Positions 1 to 9,220 of a DNA stretch of 64,000 nt are shown here, in pieces. Made by a program: the position numbers and the translations under genes. The stretch lies in the NCBI GenBank assembly GCA_044222185.1, contig JBGANV010000001.1:192001-256000 (forward strand). The letters are read 5' to 3'. Source of the stretch: Planctomycetota bacterium. Lineage in GTDB: Bacteria > Planctomycetota > GCA-002687715 > CAIWVZ01. Numbering within the stretch: position 1 is the first letter of the stretch; every line of letters begins with the position of its first letter. A model generated the notes under the pieces. It was not told the origin of the DNA. It searched no databases and saw only the letters and a list, made by a program, of their open reading frames with translations.

Positions 1-288
1 ATAACGGGACGCAGCCGCGCGCTCCCGATGGAATGAGTTACGCAGCGTTTGAAACGATTGCGGGCCGCGCGACGCGCCAGGTGCCCCGATCCCACGCAGC
101 GATGGCGACGAGCCTCGTCCGCTACGACGATCAACGGAATCGGCCCGCGATTCGCTGACCGTAGAAGGACCCGACGCCCGAGCGGCGCGGGCCGCATCCC
201 CGCAAGGCGGCTGTGCGGCGGAGCGACTTCGAATCCCCGACCTCCAGCCGCGGCCCCGTGACTCGAACTCCTCTCCGGAGGGAAACCC

Positions 289-1518
289 ATGCGACGCGCA
301 CTCTCCATCTCCTTCATCCTGGCACTCCTGGCGCTCCCGGTCCTCGCGCAGGCCTCGCCCGGCGACTGGCTGCTCGCGAGCAACGGTTACCCCACGTCTG
401 GGCTCTTCCGGATGCATCCGCTGACCGGCAGCCTCTCGCCGTTCACGAGCCTGCCCGGCTATGCGCCTTCCACTCTCTACATGGCGCCGAACAACGTGGA
501 CGTCGTCGCGGTCGACTCGCTCGGATACACGGTCGACACGTTGCACCCGAACGGATCGCTCGCGGCGAGCTTCATGATCCAATCGCTCACCGGTCTGCCC
601 GGCCAGCTGACGCTGGACCAGGACGGAACGTACGTCGAGGCGACGGAATGGAGCGGCCTGCTTCGATTCGACGTCGCGTCGCAGCTCGAGGGCTACGTGT
701 TCCAGCAGGTCCATTTCACCGAGTTCGGCGTGTGCGTCGACGGCGACACGGGTGACTACATCATCTCCGGGGTGTTCTACGGGCTCGACGGCCGCCTCAT
801 CCGCGTGAATCGCGTCACTCACGCCGCGTCGATCATCATCAACGGGAGCATCCTCCTGCAACCCGGAACCGTGGACTTCGATCCGCTGACCGGCGACTTC
901 CTCGTGGCGACGGGCGATGCGTTCTCGCCGCTCCTGCGCGTGCACAGAAACGGCACGGCTGCCTCCATGGGCATGTTCGTGCCGTCGGGCGCAATGGCCG
1001 CTCGCGTCGACCAGGAGACCGGCAACATCCTGGTGGCGGGAACGTCCTCCGTCGCGTTGCTCGGGCCCACGGGCAATCAGATCCGCTCGTTCGCCATCCC
1101 CACGGGCATGGCGGTCGGTGGCCTCGAGGTGTTCGGCGCGCGAAAGATCACGGGCTCGGGTCCGGCGACCGCGAACAGCACGTACACGATCCGCATCTCG
1201 TTTCCCGGTCTTGGTGGACGCTCCTACCTGGGCGCACTGTCGAATGCCATGCGCCCCGGGATCGCGCTGAGCGACGGCACGGGCCGCGTCATCAGCCTTG
1301 CGCCTGACGGCCTCTTCTCCGCGTCGCTCGGGGGGGTGCCGGGTCACACGACTGGTTTCTCGGGTGTCCTCGACTCCAGCGGGCACGCCACGGCGACCGT
1401 GCACATTCCGCCGGGGCTTCCCGCCGGAACGCGGGTGTTCTTCAGCGCCGTTGCGTTCGACCCGGCGCAGCCGTCGGGCTTCGCGACGGCGAACACGATC
1501 GGCTTCTCGATCAACTGA
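289..1518 (+). CDS. Secreted beta-rich (propeller-like) protein with ~120-aa C-terminal domain shared with CDS 56072-57709
   Basis: RBS GGAGG upstream; signal peptide MRRALSISFILALLALPVLAQA; repeated D/NxxTGD-type strand motifs; C-terminal PGIALSDG..GVLDSSGHATATVHIP segment. Confidence 0.75.
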   Translation: MRRALSISFILALLALPVLAQASPGDWLLASNGYPTSGLFRMHPLTGSLSPFTSLPGYAPSTLYMAPNNVDVVAVDSLGYTVDTLHPNGSLAASFMIQSLTGLPGQLTLDQDGTYVEATEWSGLLRFDVASQLEGYVFQQVHFTEFGVCVDGDTGDYIISGVFYGLDGRLIRVNRVTHAASIIINGSILLQPGTVDFDPLTGDFLVATGDAFSPLLRVHRNGTAASMGMFVPSGAMAARVDQETGNILVAGTSSVALLGPTGNQIRSFAIPTGMAVGGLEVFGARKITGSGPATANSTYTIRISFPGLGGRSYLGALSNAMRPGIALSDGTGRVISLAPDGLFSASLGGVPGHTTGFSGVLDSSGHATATVHIPPGLPAGTRVFFSAVAFDPAQPSGFATANTIGFSIN

Positions 1519-1536
1519 GCGCGCGCGCCGCGCTCA
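1516..1536. terminator. 8-bp inverted repeat between convergent genes, possible bidirectional hairpin
   Basis: TGAGCGCG (1516-1523) / CGCGCTCA (1529-1536) includes both stop codons; no U-tract. Confidence 0.3.
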
Positions 1537-3081
1537 TCGGCCGATCGACACGTACTTCCCGCCGCTCTCCTTGGCGAGGCGGCGCATGAGGTTGACGTCG
1601 TGCGTGCGGCCCAGCCCGACCGTGTTGATCTGAACGCGAAGGTCCCGGTTCCGGCGTGCGATCTCGTCCGCGATCGCACCGCCGTTCAGGATTCGACCCG
1701 ATGAGGCCTGTCCGTCGGAGAGGAAGAAGACCGTGTCGATGGGCTGCTGCCGGGATGGCGTCGTACCGGCGGCGGCCGCGCCGAAGGCCCGCTCGAGCGC
1801 ATCGATGATGTTGGTCGAGCCCCGGACGGCGATGGCCTGAACGAACGCATGCGCGTCGCGCCGCGTCGCGTCGGTCAGTTCGATGGGCGCCTTCATGAAC
1901 GGTCGCGGCGCATCGGAGAACACGATGATGTTGAAGAGGGCGCCCACGGGCAGCCCGTCGAGCGTCCGATCCAGTTCACGCTTCGCCCGCGCGAGCTTCG
2001 TCTCTTCCGGCGGTCCACCCGAGCTCTGGCCCGTCCGCGTCGTTGGCGAGACCTTCTCGGCCATGCTGCCGGACGCGTCGATGACGAAGCAGATGCGCGT
2101 GGAATGCGTCGTGATGCCGTAGAAGCTCACGCCTCCGCCGTTCCTGGGCCTCGTGTCCGTGGAGGGAGGCGGCGGCCCCTTCCACCCCGTGCGGTTGCTC
2201 ACCCACCAATCACGCCAGAGCGTCTGGTTGTCGTGGAAGTTCTGGCCCGTGAGCTCGACGAGCGCCGCGATCACGTCGCCCTGGAGTCTTCCCGTCTGCT
2301 TCGGCAGTTCGACGATGAACGCCTCGATCGTCTCCGGGTCCTTGTGCTTCCGCAGGGCGTCGATGGCTGCCGACCGCACCAGGAAGAACTCGTCCGCGAG
2401 GGCGTGGGCCAGGAACGTGACGTTGGCTACGTCGGGGCGCGCGCCGAGCGCGAGCGCCGCCTCCGATCGGACTCGAGGATCGTTCGACCCGGCGAGCAGA
2501 CTGCGGATCGCCGTGCGCGCCTCGGGCACCTCGAGCTTGGCGATGGTTCGAAGCAGCTCGCGCTTCCGCTCGTCGCTGGTCGTCGTCTGGAGCGCGCCGA
2601 GGATCCGTGCGGCCTGCTGCGACCGGTGGGGCTCGGGTAGGAGGGATATGTTCGTGCCGACGGCCGCGCGCAGCTCGTCCTCCAGCGCCAGGCTCCCCGC
2701 GACGCGCTCGGATACCGAGGCGAGTTCCTTCTGGAGGTCGGCGACCGCCTGGTCCGCCCGCTGTCGCGCCGAGGTGCCAGGCACGCCGGCCTTCGCCAGG
2801 TCGGCGCGCGCGGCGATGATGGTCTCCTGAAGCTTGGCCGTGCGCTTTCGGATCTCCTCGACCGACTTCTGGTATTCGGCAAGTGTCGCGAGGAGCTGAT
2901 CGGGAACGCGGGCGTCCGGGAGCTCGGAGAAGATCCTCAGCGCCTGCGTCTGCTCCGCGCGGGTTCCGCTGCGGAAGGCGGCCACGAGCCGATCGCGGGC
3001 ATCGGCGAACGTGTCCTGCGCGGGAAGGCCGAGTGTGACGAGGAGGACGAGGAGGTTGGTGCGGGCCGTGGTCAGGAACAT
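1534..3081 (-). CDS. Exported HEAT-repeat + von Willebrand factor A (VWA) domain protein
   Basis: Signal peptide; coiled coil; HEAT-like repeats (DPRVRSEAALALG, FLVRSAAIDAL); MIDAS motif FVIDASGSM...TN...FLSDG. Confidence 0.85.
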   Translation of the reverse strand: MFLTTARTNLLVLLVTLGLPAQDTFADARDRLVAAFRSGTRAEQTQALRIFSELPDARVPDQLLATLAEYQKSVEEIRKRTAKLQETIIAARADLAKAGVPGTSARQRADQAVADLQKELASVSERVAGSLALEDELRAAVGTNISLLPEPHRSQQAARILGALQTTTSDERKRELLRTIAKLEVPEARTAIRSLLAGSNDPRVRSEAALALGARPDVANVTFLAHALADEFFLVRSAAIDALRKHKDPETIEAFIVELPKQTGRLQGDVIAALVELTGQNFHDNQTLWRDWWVSNRTGWKGPPPPSTDTRPRNGGGVSFYGITTHSTRICFVIDASGSMAEKVSPTTRTGQSSGGPPEETKLARAKRELDRTLDGLPVGALFNIIVFSDAPRPFMKAPIELTDATRRDAHAFVQAIAVRGSTNIIDALERAFGAAAAGTTPSRQQPIDTVFFLSDGQASSGRILNGGAIADEIARRNRDLRVQINTVGLGRTHDVNLMRRLAKESGGKYVSIGR

Positions 3082-3286
3082 CGCCGATTTGCCACCGTGG
3101 ATCGCATCATCGCTGCCGGGTCAGGTGGGGGAGAGGGTACCAGGTCCGATGAACAAAGTGGGCCGTGAACGAGGCTTTTCTCGTCGCGGGCTCGGCCGGC
3201 TCGGCGCTCCATCTTTTCCTTCCCCCGGACGATAGTTCACCCTGGCGGAAACCGGCGACGGCCGGGAGCAGAAGGTCCGCCACGTC

Positions 3287-6200
3287 ATGACAAGGCAGCC
3301 GGGCTCAGGTCGTTTCCAGGTGGTCCGACCACTCTGGACGGGGTCGCACGCGACCGCCGAACTCGCGCGCGACGCGTTTCGGGGCGATCGCCTCGTGACG
3401 CTCAAGACGATTGCGCCCGGACGCCTTCCTCCTCGCGTGATGGCTCGGCTCCAGCGAGAGTTCACCATCCGCCGGCGGCTGAAGCACGCGGGGATCGCCG
3501 AACTGCTCGACTTCGAGTTCGACGACGCGGGCGCCTGCCGAATCGTCCGCGAGTACGTGGACGGAACGGACTTCGTCACGTGGTGCGAGGGTCGGGACGT
3601 CTCCGCGATCGCGGACGTGACCGTTCAGGTCCTGCAGGCGCTCGCCTACCTCCACGATTGCGGCCTCGTCCACGGGTCGATCCGCCCGTCGAACGTCGTC
3701 GTGGTCGGTGGAGATCGGCCGTACGCGCGCCTCCTCGATTTCGATCCGGTCGGCGACGTCGTCTCCGGCCGCGATCCCGTCGACCGGCTCCACTACGCGG
3801 CGCCGGAGGTGCTTCGCGCGCAGGTCCCCGACGGTCGCAGCGACCTCTACTCGCTCGGCGTGCTCCTGCTCTACGGCCTCCAGGGGCGACTGCCATTCGA
3901 GGATCAGAACCAGCCCGCCGCCGTGGTGGCCTGGCACCTGTCGCCCAGTGCCGAGCGCGTTCCGAAGGGGTGCCGCCTCGCACGGACGATCGAGCGTCTC
4001 CTCGAGGTCGCGCCCGAGCGCCGCTTCTCCGAGGCGCCGGAGGTCGTCCGCGCCATTGGTACCGAGGTCGGCCGGCGGTTCCGAAGTCGCGTGATCCGGG
4101 AGAGCGAGCAGCTCCTCGTCACCGGGCGGTTCGTCGGCCGCGAACGCGAGCTCCGCAAGATCGAGGAGGTCGCGCGGCGGGTCTTCAACGGATCGGGTGG
4201 CCGGTTCTTCCTCGTCGCCGGTCCGCGGGGGATCGGCAAGTCCCGCCTCTTGGACGAGGCCCGAGTCCTCGCTCACATCTCGGGCATTCGAGTGATCGCG
4301 GCGCGGTGCGGGCGCGAGGGCTGTCCGCCGCTCGGCGTCTTGCGGGACGTCCTGAGGCAACTCGTGACGCACATGGGCGTCGAACACCCCGTCGTGGAGC
4401 AGCACCGGGCCGTGCTGACCACCGTGCTCCCCGAGATCTTCGAGGCCGTGTCGGCGCGCTCGACGGATGCGGATCTCGGCGCCGCCGACGCGTGGTTGCG
4501 GGTGAAGAACGGGATCACGGACTTCCTCGCGGGCGCGGCAGACGTCCGCCCGCTCCTGATCCTGTTGGACGACCTCCAGGCGATGGACGAACCGAGCCTC
4601 GCCGTCTTGCGCTGGCTTTCGAACACCTTCCGAGGTGGTCCGTTCATGATCGTCGCGAGCCTGCGAGACGACCCCGTTCCCGCCGGCACCCAGCCCGCCA
4701 ATGCGCTCCTCGTCGACGAGGAACACGAGGTCCTGCGGCTGCGACCGCTCCAGCCGTCCGAAATCGAGATGATGCTGAGTTCCGTGCTCGCGCTGTCGGG
4801 CACGCTCCGCGAACTCACCGATCTCATCATGAGGCTCACGGGCGGCGTGCCGCTCTTCATCGAAGAGCTCATCCGCTCGTTGATCGATGGCGATCTGACC
4901 AGCGTGCTCGGCGACGCCACGCCCGTGCGACTGGCCGGAGACGGCGACGCGAATCGGGTCGCGGCCCGCGCGCTCGCCCTCGCGGTCGCCCGCATGCGTC
5001 GCCTGGGTGACGATGCCCAGCGGCTGCTGGGCATGCTTTCGGCGTTCGAAGGGCCAGTGCCACTCTCCGAACTCCAGGTCGTCGCCGCGCTCGAGCCCGT
5101 GGCCGAGGCCGCGGCGCTCCAATCGCTCGACGCCGCCGAAGTGGTGTCCATCGAGCCTCGCGCACAGGGAAGCACCATCTCGTGGCGCAGCGATCTGTTC
5201 CGTGAGGCGGCGCGATCGCTCGTGAGCCCGGAGGTCATCACCGGCGTCCACGACCAGGTCGTCGATCATCTCTCGGCCCGGAACGACGGGAGCGTCGATC
5301 ACGTCGCGCGTGTGGCGTTCCACGCCCTGCGCGGTTCTCGGCGTGAGACCGCGTTGAAGGTCTGCATCGCGGCCGCGCGCCACGGGCTCCTTCTTCACGC
5401 CGGCGGATCGGCGCGGCCCTGGCTCGAGCGCGCGCGGCAGATGGCCCACGAGACCGGCGACCAGGAAGCCAGACGGGAGGCCTTGAACCTCCTCTCGGAA
5501 GCCTGCGAGCGCGCCGGCGATCTGGACGGCGCGCGCGCGGCCTACGAGGAACTCCGGGAACTTCCGGCGGCAGATCCGGACACGGGCGTGAACGCGCTGC
5601 TGCGCATCGGTGACATCGAAAGCTCCAGTGGACGACAGCAGGCGGCGGACCGCACGTTCAGTACGGCCGGGCAAGAGGCGGAGCGGATCGGTGACGCACG
5701 CCTGATCAGTCGGGTCGAGAGGGCTGCCGCCCGCCAGCTCATGCGACGCGAGCTCTATCGTGACGCCCGCGACCGGCTCGATCGTGCGCTCTCGCTTCTC
5801 GGGGAGTTCGCGACGCCGGCCGAGCTGGGCGGCATTCTCGGAGAGATCGGGCTCGCCGACTGGCACCTGGGCGACCTGGGCTCTGCACGGCTGCACCAGC
5901 GGCGGAGCCTCCAATGCGCGTTGCGTGCTCGCGACTGGGTCCTCGTCACCACGGCGCACCTCCACCTGGGTCTCGTCGACTGGAAGTCAGGTCGCACGAA
6001 GGCTGCGCTCGGCAGACTGACCCGTGCGGAGGCGCTCTCGCGGCGGCTCGGCCATTACCCGCTGCGCGCTGCGGCCCTGCAGAATCGCGGAGCCATCGAA
6101 CTCGAGCTGGGCCGCCTGGCTCAGGCCGTTCAGACGCTCACGCAGAGTCTCGCCGTGCGTCGCCGGCTGGACGACGATCCAGGCGTCGTCGAAACCCTGG

Positions 6201-6979
6201 CGATCCTGGCGACGGCGCAACACCGTGGCGGTCGCCATGACGTCGCGCGGCGCCTGCTCGACGACGCCATCGCTCGCGCCTCGAACCGAGGCGACGTCCT
6301 GCGCGCCACGCGCGCGCGGGTCGCGCTCGGTCGCGTGCTGTTGACCGTCGGGGCGCTCGACGCAGCGGAGACGCTGCTGCGCTCCGTCGCCCAGTCGCCC
6401 GGGTGCGAGGGTGATCGGGCCACTGCCGCCGGTGCGTGGCTCGGGCTGCACGAGATCGCCCGAGAGCGTCTGCACGACGGGAACGAGGAGCTGGATCGGG
6501 CGGTGGCCCTGGCTTCGGGACACGTGGCGCGCGTCGACGCCGAGGTGGCGCTGGCAGCCGCCAGGCGCGCCGTGGAGACGCGCCGAACGGGCGACGCCCG
6601 GAAACACGTCGCGGCCGGCCTGCGGGCCGCGCGCGCACTCCGTGATACCGAGCTGTGCATCCGAGCGCGCTGGATCGCAGGACTCGTGCGCACGGAAGCG
6701 GACCGGATCGTTTCATTCAACGCGGCCGTTCGGGGAGCCGAACGGTGCGGCATGGCCGAACTCGGGTGGCGTGTCCACAGAGATCGTGGTGCAGCCCTCC
6801 TCGAACTCGGGCGCGGCGAGGCCGCCCAGCTTGGGCTTCGGGACGGGATGCGGATGCTCCGTGCCATCCACGACGCGTTGCCCGCCTCGCAACGGCCGGC
6901 GTACCTGTCGAGCCCCGGGCGGCAGGCGTTGCGTGCCCTCTTCCGCCAATCGTTGTCGACGGGGGTCGGGGTGCGATGA
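3287..6979 (+). CDS. Ser/Thr kinase-like (probable pseudokinase) + STAND/AAA ATPase + TPR-like protein
   Basis: Kinase fold motifs VTLK, REF, HGSIRPSN, DFD, YAAPE, SDLYSLG; Walker A GPRGIGKS; Walker B LILLDD; long Ala/Leu/Arg-rich helical repeats. Confidence 0.85.
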   Translation: MTRQPGSGRFQVVRPLWTGSHATAELARDAFRGDRLVTLKTIAPGRLPPRVMARLQREFTIRRRLKHAGIAELLDFEFDDAGACRIVREYVDGTDFVTWCEGRDVSAIADVTVQVLQALAYLHDCGLVHGSIRPSNVVVVGGDRPYARLLDFDPVGDVVSGRDPVDRLHYAAPEVLRAQVPDGRSDLYSLGVLLLYGLQGRLPFEDQNQPAAVVAWHLSPSAERVPKGCRLARTIERLLEVAPERRFSEAPEVVRAIGTEVGRRFRSRVIRESEQLLVTGRFVGRERELRKIEEVARRVFNGSGGRFFLVAGPRGIGKSRLLDEARVLAHISGIRVIAARCGREGCPPLGVLRDVLRQLVTHMGVEHPVVEQHRAVLTTVLPEIFEAVSARSTDADLGAADAWLRVKNGITDFLAGAADVRPLLILLDDLQAMDEPSLAVLRWLSNTFRGGPFMIVASLRDDPVPAGTQPANALLVDEEHEVLRLRPLQPSEIEMMLSSVLALSGTLRELTDLIMRLTGGVPLFIEELIRSLIDGDLTSVLGDATPVRLAGDGDANRVAARALALAVARMRRLGDDAQRLLGMLSAFEGPVPLSELQVVAALEPVAEAAALQSLDAAEVVSIEPRAQGSTISWRSDLFREAARSLVSPEVITGVHDQVVDHLSARNDGSVDHVARVAFHALRGSRRETALKVCIAAARHGLLLHAGGSARPWLERARQMAHETGDQEARREALNLLSEACERAGDLDGARAAYEELRELPAADPDTGVNALLRIGDIESSSGRQQAADRTFSTAGQEAERIGDARLISRVERAAARQLMRRELYRDARDRLDRALSLLGEFATPAELGGILGEIGLADWHLGDLGSARLHQRRSLQCALRARDWVLVTTAHLHLGLVDWKSGRTKAALGRLTRAEALSRRLGHYPLRAAALQNRGAIELELGRLAQAVQTLTQSLAVRRRLDDDPGVVETLAILATAQHRGGRHDVARRLLDDAIARASNRGDVLRATRARVALGRVLLTVGALDAAETLLRSVAQSPGCEGDRATAAGAWLGLHEIARERLHDGNEELDRAVALASGHVARVDAEVALAAARRAVETRRTGDARKHVAAGLRAARALRDTELCIRARWIAGLVRTEADRIVSFNAAVRGAERCGMAELGWRVHRDRGAALLELGRGEAAQLGLRDGMRMLRAIHDALPASQRPAYLSSPGRQALRALFRQSLSTGVGVR

Positions 6980-9177
6980 ACGACTTCTTCCGCGACCTCG
7001 AGATGTTCGAGAACGCCGAGCCGCAGGCGGAGAAGCCACGCTCCATGTCGGCGGAGCACCTGAGCCTGCTGGCCGATTTCGCGCGCGAGCTTTCGGCGGT
7101 GGTCGACGTGGACGACCTGGCGCGAGTCGTCCTGCGGCGCGTCCTCTCGCTCACCGGCGCCGATCGGGCCCTGATCTACCTGAGCCGAGGCCAGGAACGG
7201 TGCCGGCCCTTGTTGGGCCTGGACCGCGACCAGCAACGCCTCATCGGTGAGCGCAGCCGGGTGGGACAGGAGATCGTGGAGGCCGTCGTGGAGACCGGCG
7301 AGCCGGTCCTCTCCAATACGGTGATGCGTCACGAAACGGCCGCGGGGCCGGACGACTCGATCGCGCTCGGCGTGGGAACCTGCATCTGTGTCCCGCTCGA
7401 GTCCTACCGCGGTCGCATCGGGGCGCTCTACCTCGACAGCCCGGTCGGTTCGCACGAACTCGACGAGGAGGATCTGATCGTCGCGCGCCTCGTCGCGGTC
7501 CAGGCGTCGCAGGCATTGGAACTGCTGCGATTCGAGACGCAGAAGCGCGAGGCTGAACGCGTCCGTCTCGAGAACGACTACCTTCGCCAGCTCTCCAAGA
7601 AGACCGCGGACGAAGCGCGTGTCATCGAGAACCTGAACAACGAGTTGAAAGGGCGCACGGAGAAGCTGACGCAGACGTCTGCCTTCCTCTCCAGCGTCCT
7701 CGAGAGCAGCACCGAGCACGCGATCATCGCGACGGATCGCGACGGGCTCATCAGTACGTTCAACGCCGGAGCCGTTCGCGTCTACGGTCACTCGCCCAGC
7801 GAAGTCGTCGGGCGCGCGCGGCTCGACGTTCTCTTCCGCGGGACGGACCGCGAACGGGGCGTGCCGCGGGAGATCATCAATGCTGCGGCTGGACCGACCG
7901 GGCGTGCCGAGGGCGAGGCACGACGGGTTCGGAAGGATGGTCGAGAGATCGCCGTGCACGCGGCGACGACGGCGATACGCGACTCGGACGGGCACCTCAC
8001 CGGCTACGTGGACGTGTCGCGCGACATCACCCGTGAAGTGGAGATGCGCCGGCAGATGCTCATGTCCGAGAAGATGGCCGCGCTCGGTACGCTCGCCGCC
8101 GGCGTCTCGCACGAGTTCAACAACCTGCTGACGGGGATCATCGGCTTCCTCGAACACGCCGAACTCGCCCCAGACGCCGAAAGCCGCGCTCGGGCGATCT
8201 CGATCGCGCTGAATGGCGCGCAACGCGCGGCGTCGCTCACGCGGCAACTCCAGTCGGTTGCGCGCCCCGCCGTCACGAAACAGGTCGCGACGCCGCTCTC
8301 CGATCTTGCGAACGAGGCCGTCGCCCTCGTGGAGAAGAGCTTCGCCTCGGAGGGCGTCGAGTTACTGACGGAGCACAAGCCCGCGGGCATGGCGGTCCTC
8401 GATCGCTCTCGGTTGTTCCAGGTGTTGATCAACCTCCTGACGAACGCGCGTCACGCCGTGGAGAAGTCGGCGGAGAAGAGGGTCGTCGTCACCACGAGCC
8501 AGGAGGGCAGCTGGTGCGTGCTCGCGGTGCGGGATTCCGGCTGCGGAATGACGCCCGAGGTCCAACGCCGGATCTTCGAGCCGTTCTTCACGACGAAGGG
8601 CGCGCTGGGCGGCGACGTCCACGACGGCAAGATCCACGGCACGGGCCTGGGGCTCGCCATTTCGCACGGAATCGTGGCCGAGCATGGCGGGCGGATCGAG
8701 GTCGTGAGCGAGGTTGGGGTCGGCTCCACGTTCCGCGTTCTCTTGCCGATGGCGCCCGCTGGCGTGGAGGCCAACGCGCCGTCCGCCGGCTCCGCGCACA
8801 GGGGTGGCCACGCCGTCAAGAAACTCGACGTGCTCGTGGTGGATGACGAGGCGTCGATTCGCGATCTGCTGAAAGCCGTCCTCGGCCTGCGCGGGCACGC
8901 CGTGACATGCGCCGGCGACGGGGAGTCCGGTCTGAAGGCTGCCCTGGCCGCGAAGTTCGACGTGATCATCGCGGACTTCCAGATGCCCAAGCTCACGGGC
9001 GGGAAGTTCTTCGCGAAGCTCGCCGAGTGCGCCAAGGGACCTCTGCCACGACGGATCCTCATCACGGGGCTCCCGCCGTCCGAGCTGGACCTCCCGGCGG
9101 GCCTGGACGTGGTCCTCGAGAAGCCCTACAGCGTCCAGGACATGATCCGCGCCGTGGAGCAGCCGGGACCGGCGTGA
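6976..9177 (+). CDS. Hybrid sensor histidine kinase (GAF-PAS-HisKA-HATPase-REC)
   Basis: ATG at 6976 overlaps upstream stop (ATGA); GAF (CICVPL..IGALYLD); PAS (AIIATDRDG..FN); H-box SHEFNN; NLLTNA; DSGCG; FFTTK; GTGLGL; REC VVDDE..IADFQMP. Confidence 0.9.
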   Translation: MNDFFRDLEMFENAEPQAEKPRSMSAEHLSLLADFARELSAVVDVDDLARVVLRRVLSLTGADRALIYLSRGQERCRPLLGLDRDQQRLIGERSRVGQEIVEAVVETGEPVLSNTVMRHETAAGPDDSIALGVGTCICVPLESYRGRIGALYLDSPVGSHELDEEDLIVARLVAVQASQALELLRFETQKREAERVRLENDYLRQLSKKTADEARVIENLNNELKGRTEKLTQTSAFLSSVLESSTEHAIIATDRDGLISTFNAGAVRVYGHSPSEVVGRARLDVLFRGTDRERGVPREIINAAAGPTGRAEGEARRVRKDGREIAVHAATTAIRDSDGHLTGYVDVSRDITREVEMRRQMLMSEKMAALGTLAAGVSHEFNNLLTGIIGFLEHAELAPDAESRARAISIALNGAQRAASLTRQLQSVARPAVTKQVATPLSDLANEAVALVEKSFASEGVELLTEHKPAGMAVLDRSRLFQVLINLLTNARHAVEKSAEKRVVVTTSQEGSWCVLAVRDSGCGMTPEVQRRIFEPFFTTKGALGGDVHDGKIHGTGLGLAISHGIVAEHGGRIEVVSEVGVGSTFRVLLPMAPAGVEANAPSAGSAHRGGHAVKKLDVLVVDDEASIRDLLKAVLGLRGHAVTCAGDGESGLKAALAAKFDVIIADFQMPKLTGGKFFAKLAECAKGPLPRRILITGLPPSELDLPAGLDVVLEKPYSVQDMIRAVEQPGPA

Positions 9178-9220
9178 CGAAGGTTGGCCTGGCGCACCGA
9201 TTCGCGCGCGCCGCGGGGCG

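Noticed and set aside
3305-5965. 886-aa antisense ORF, and similar long ORFs such as 6130-8247, 12121-14364, 24367-26706, 26866-29472, 43270-45693, 53904-55967 and 56480-58774
   Set aside because: Shadow ORFs of high-GC coding sequence; they overlap genes with clear family motifs and have none themselves.
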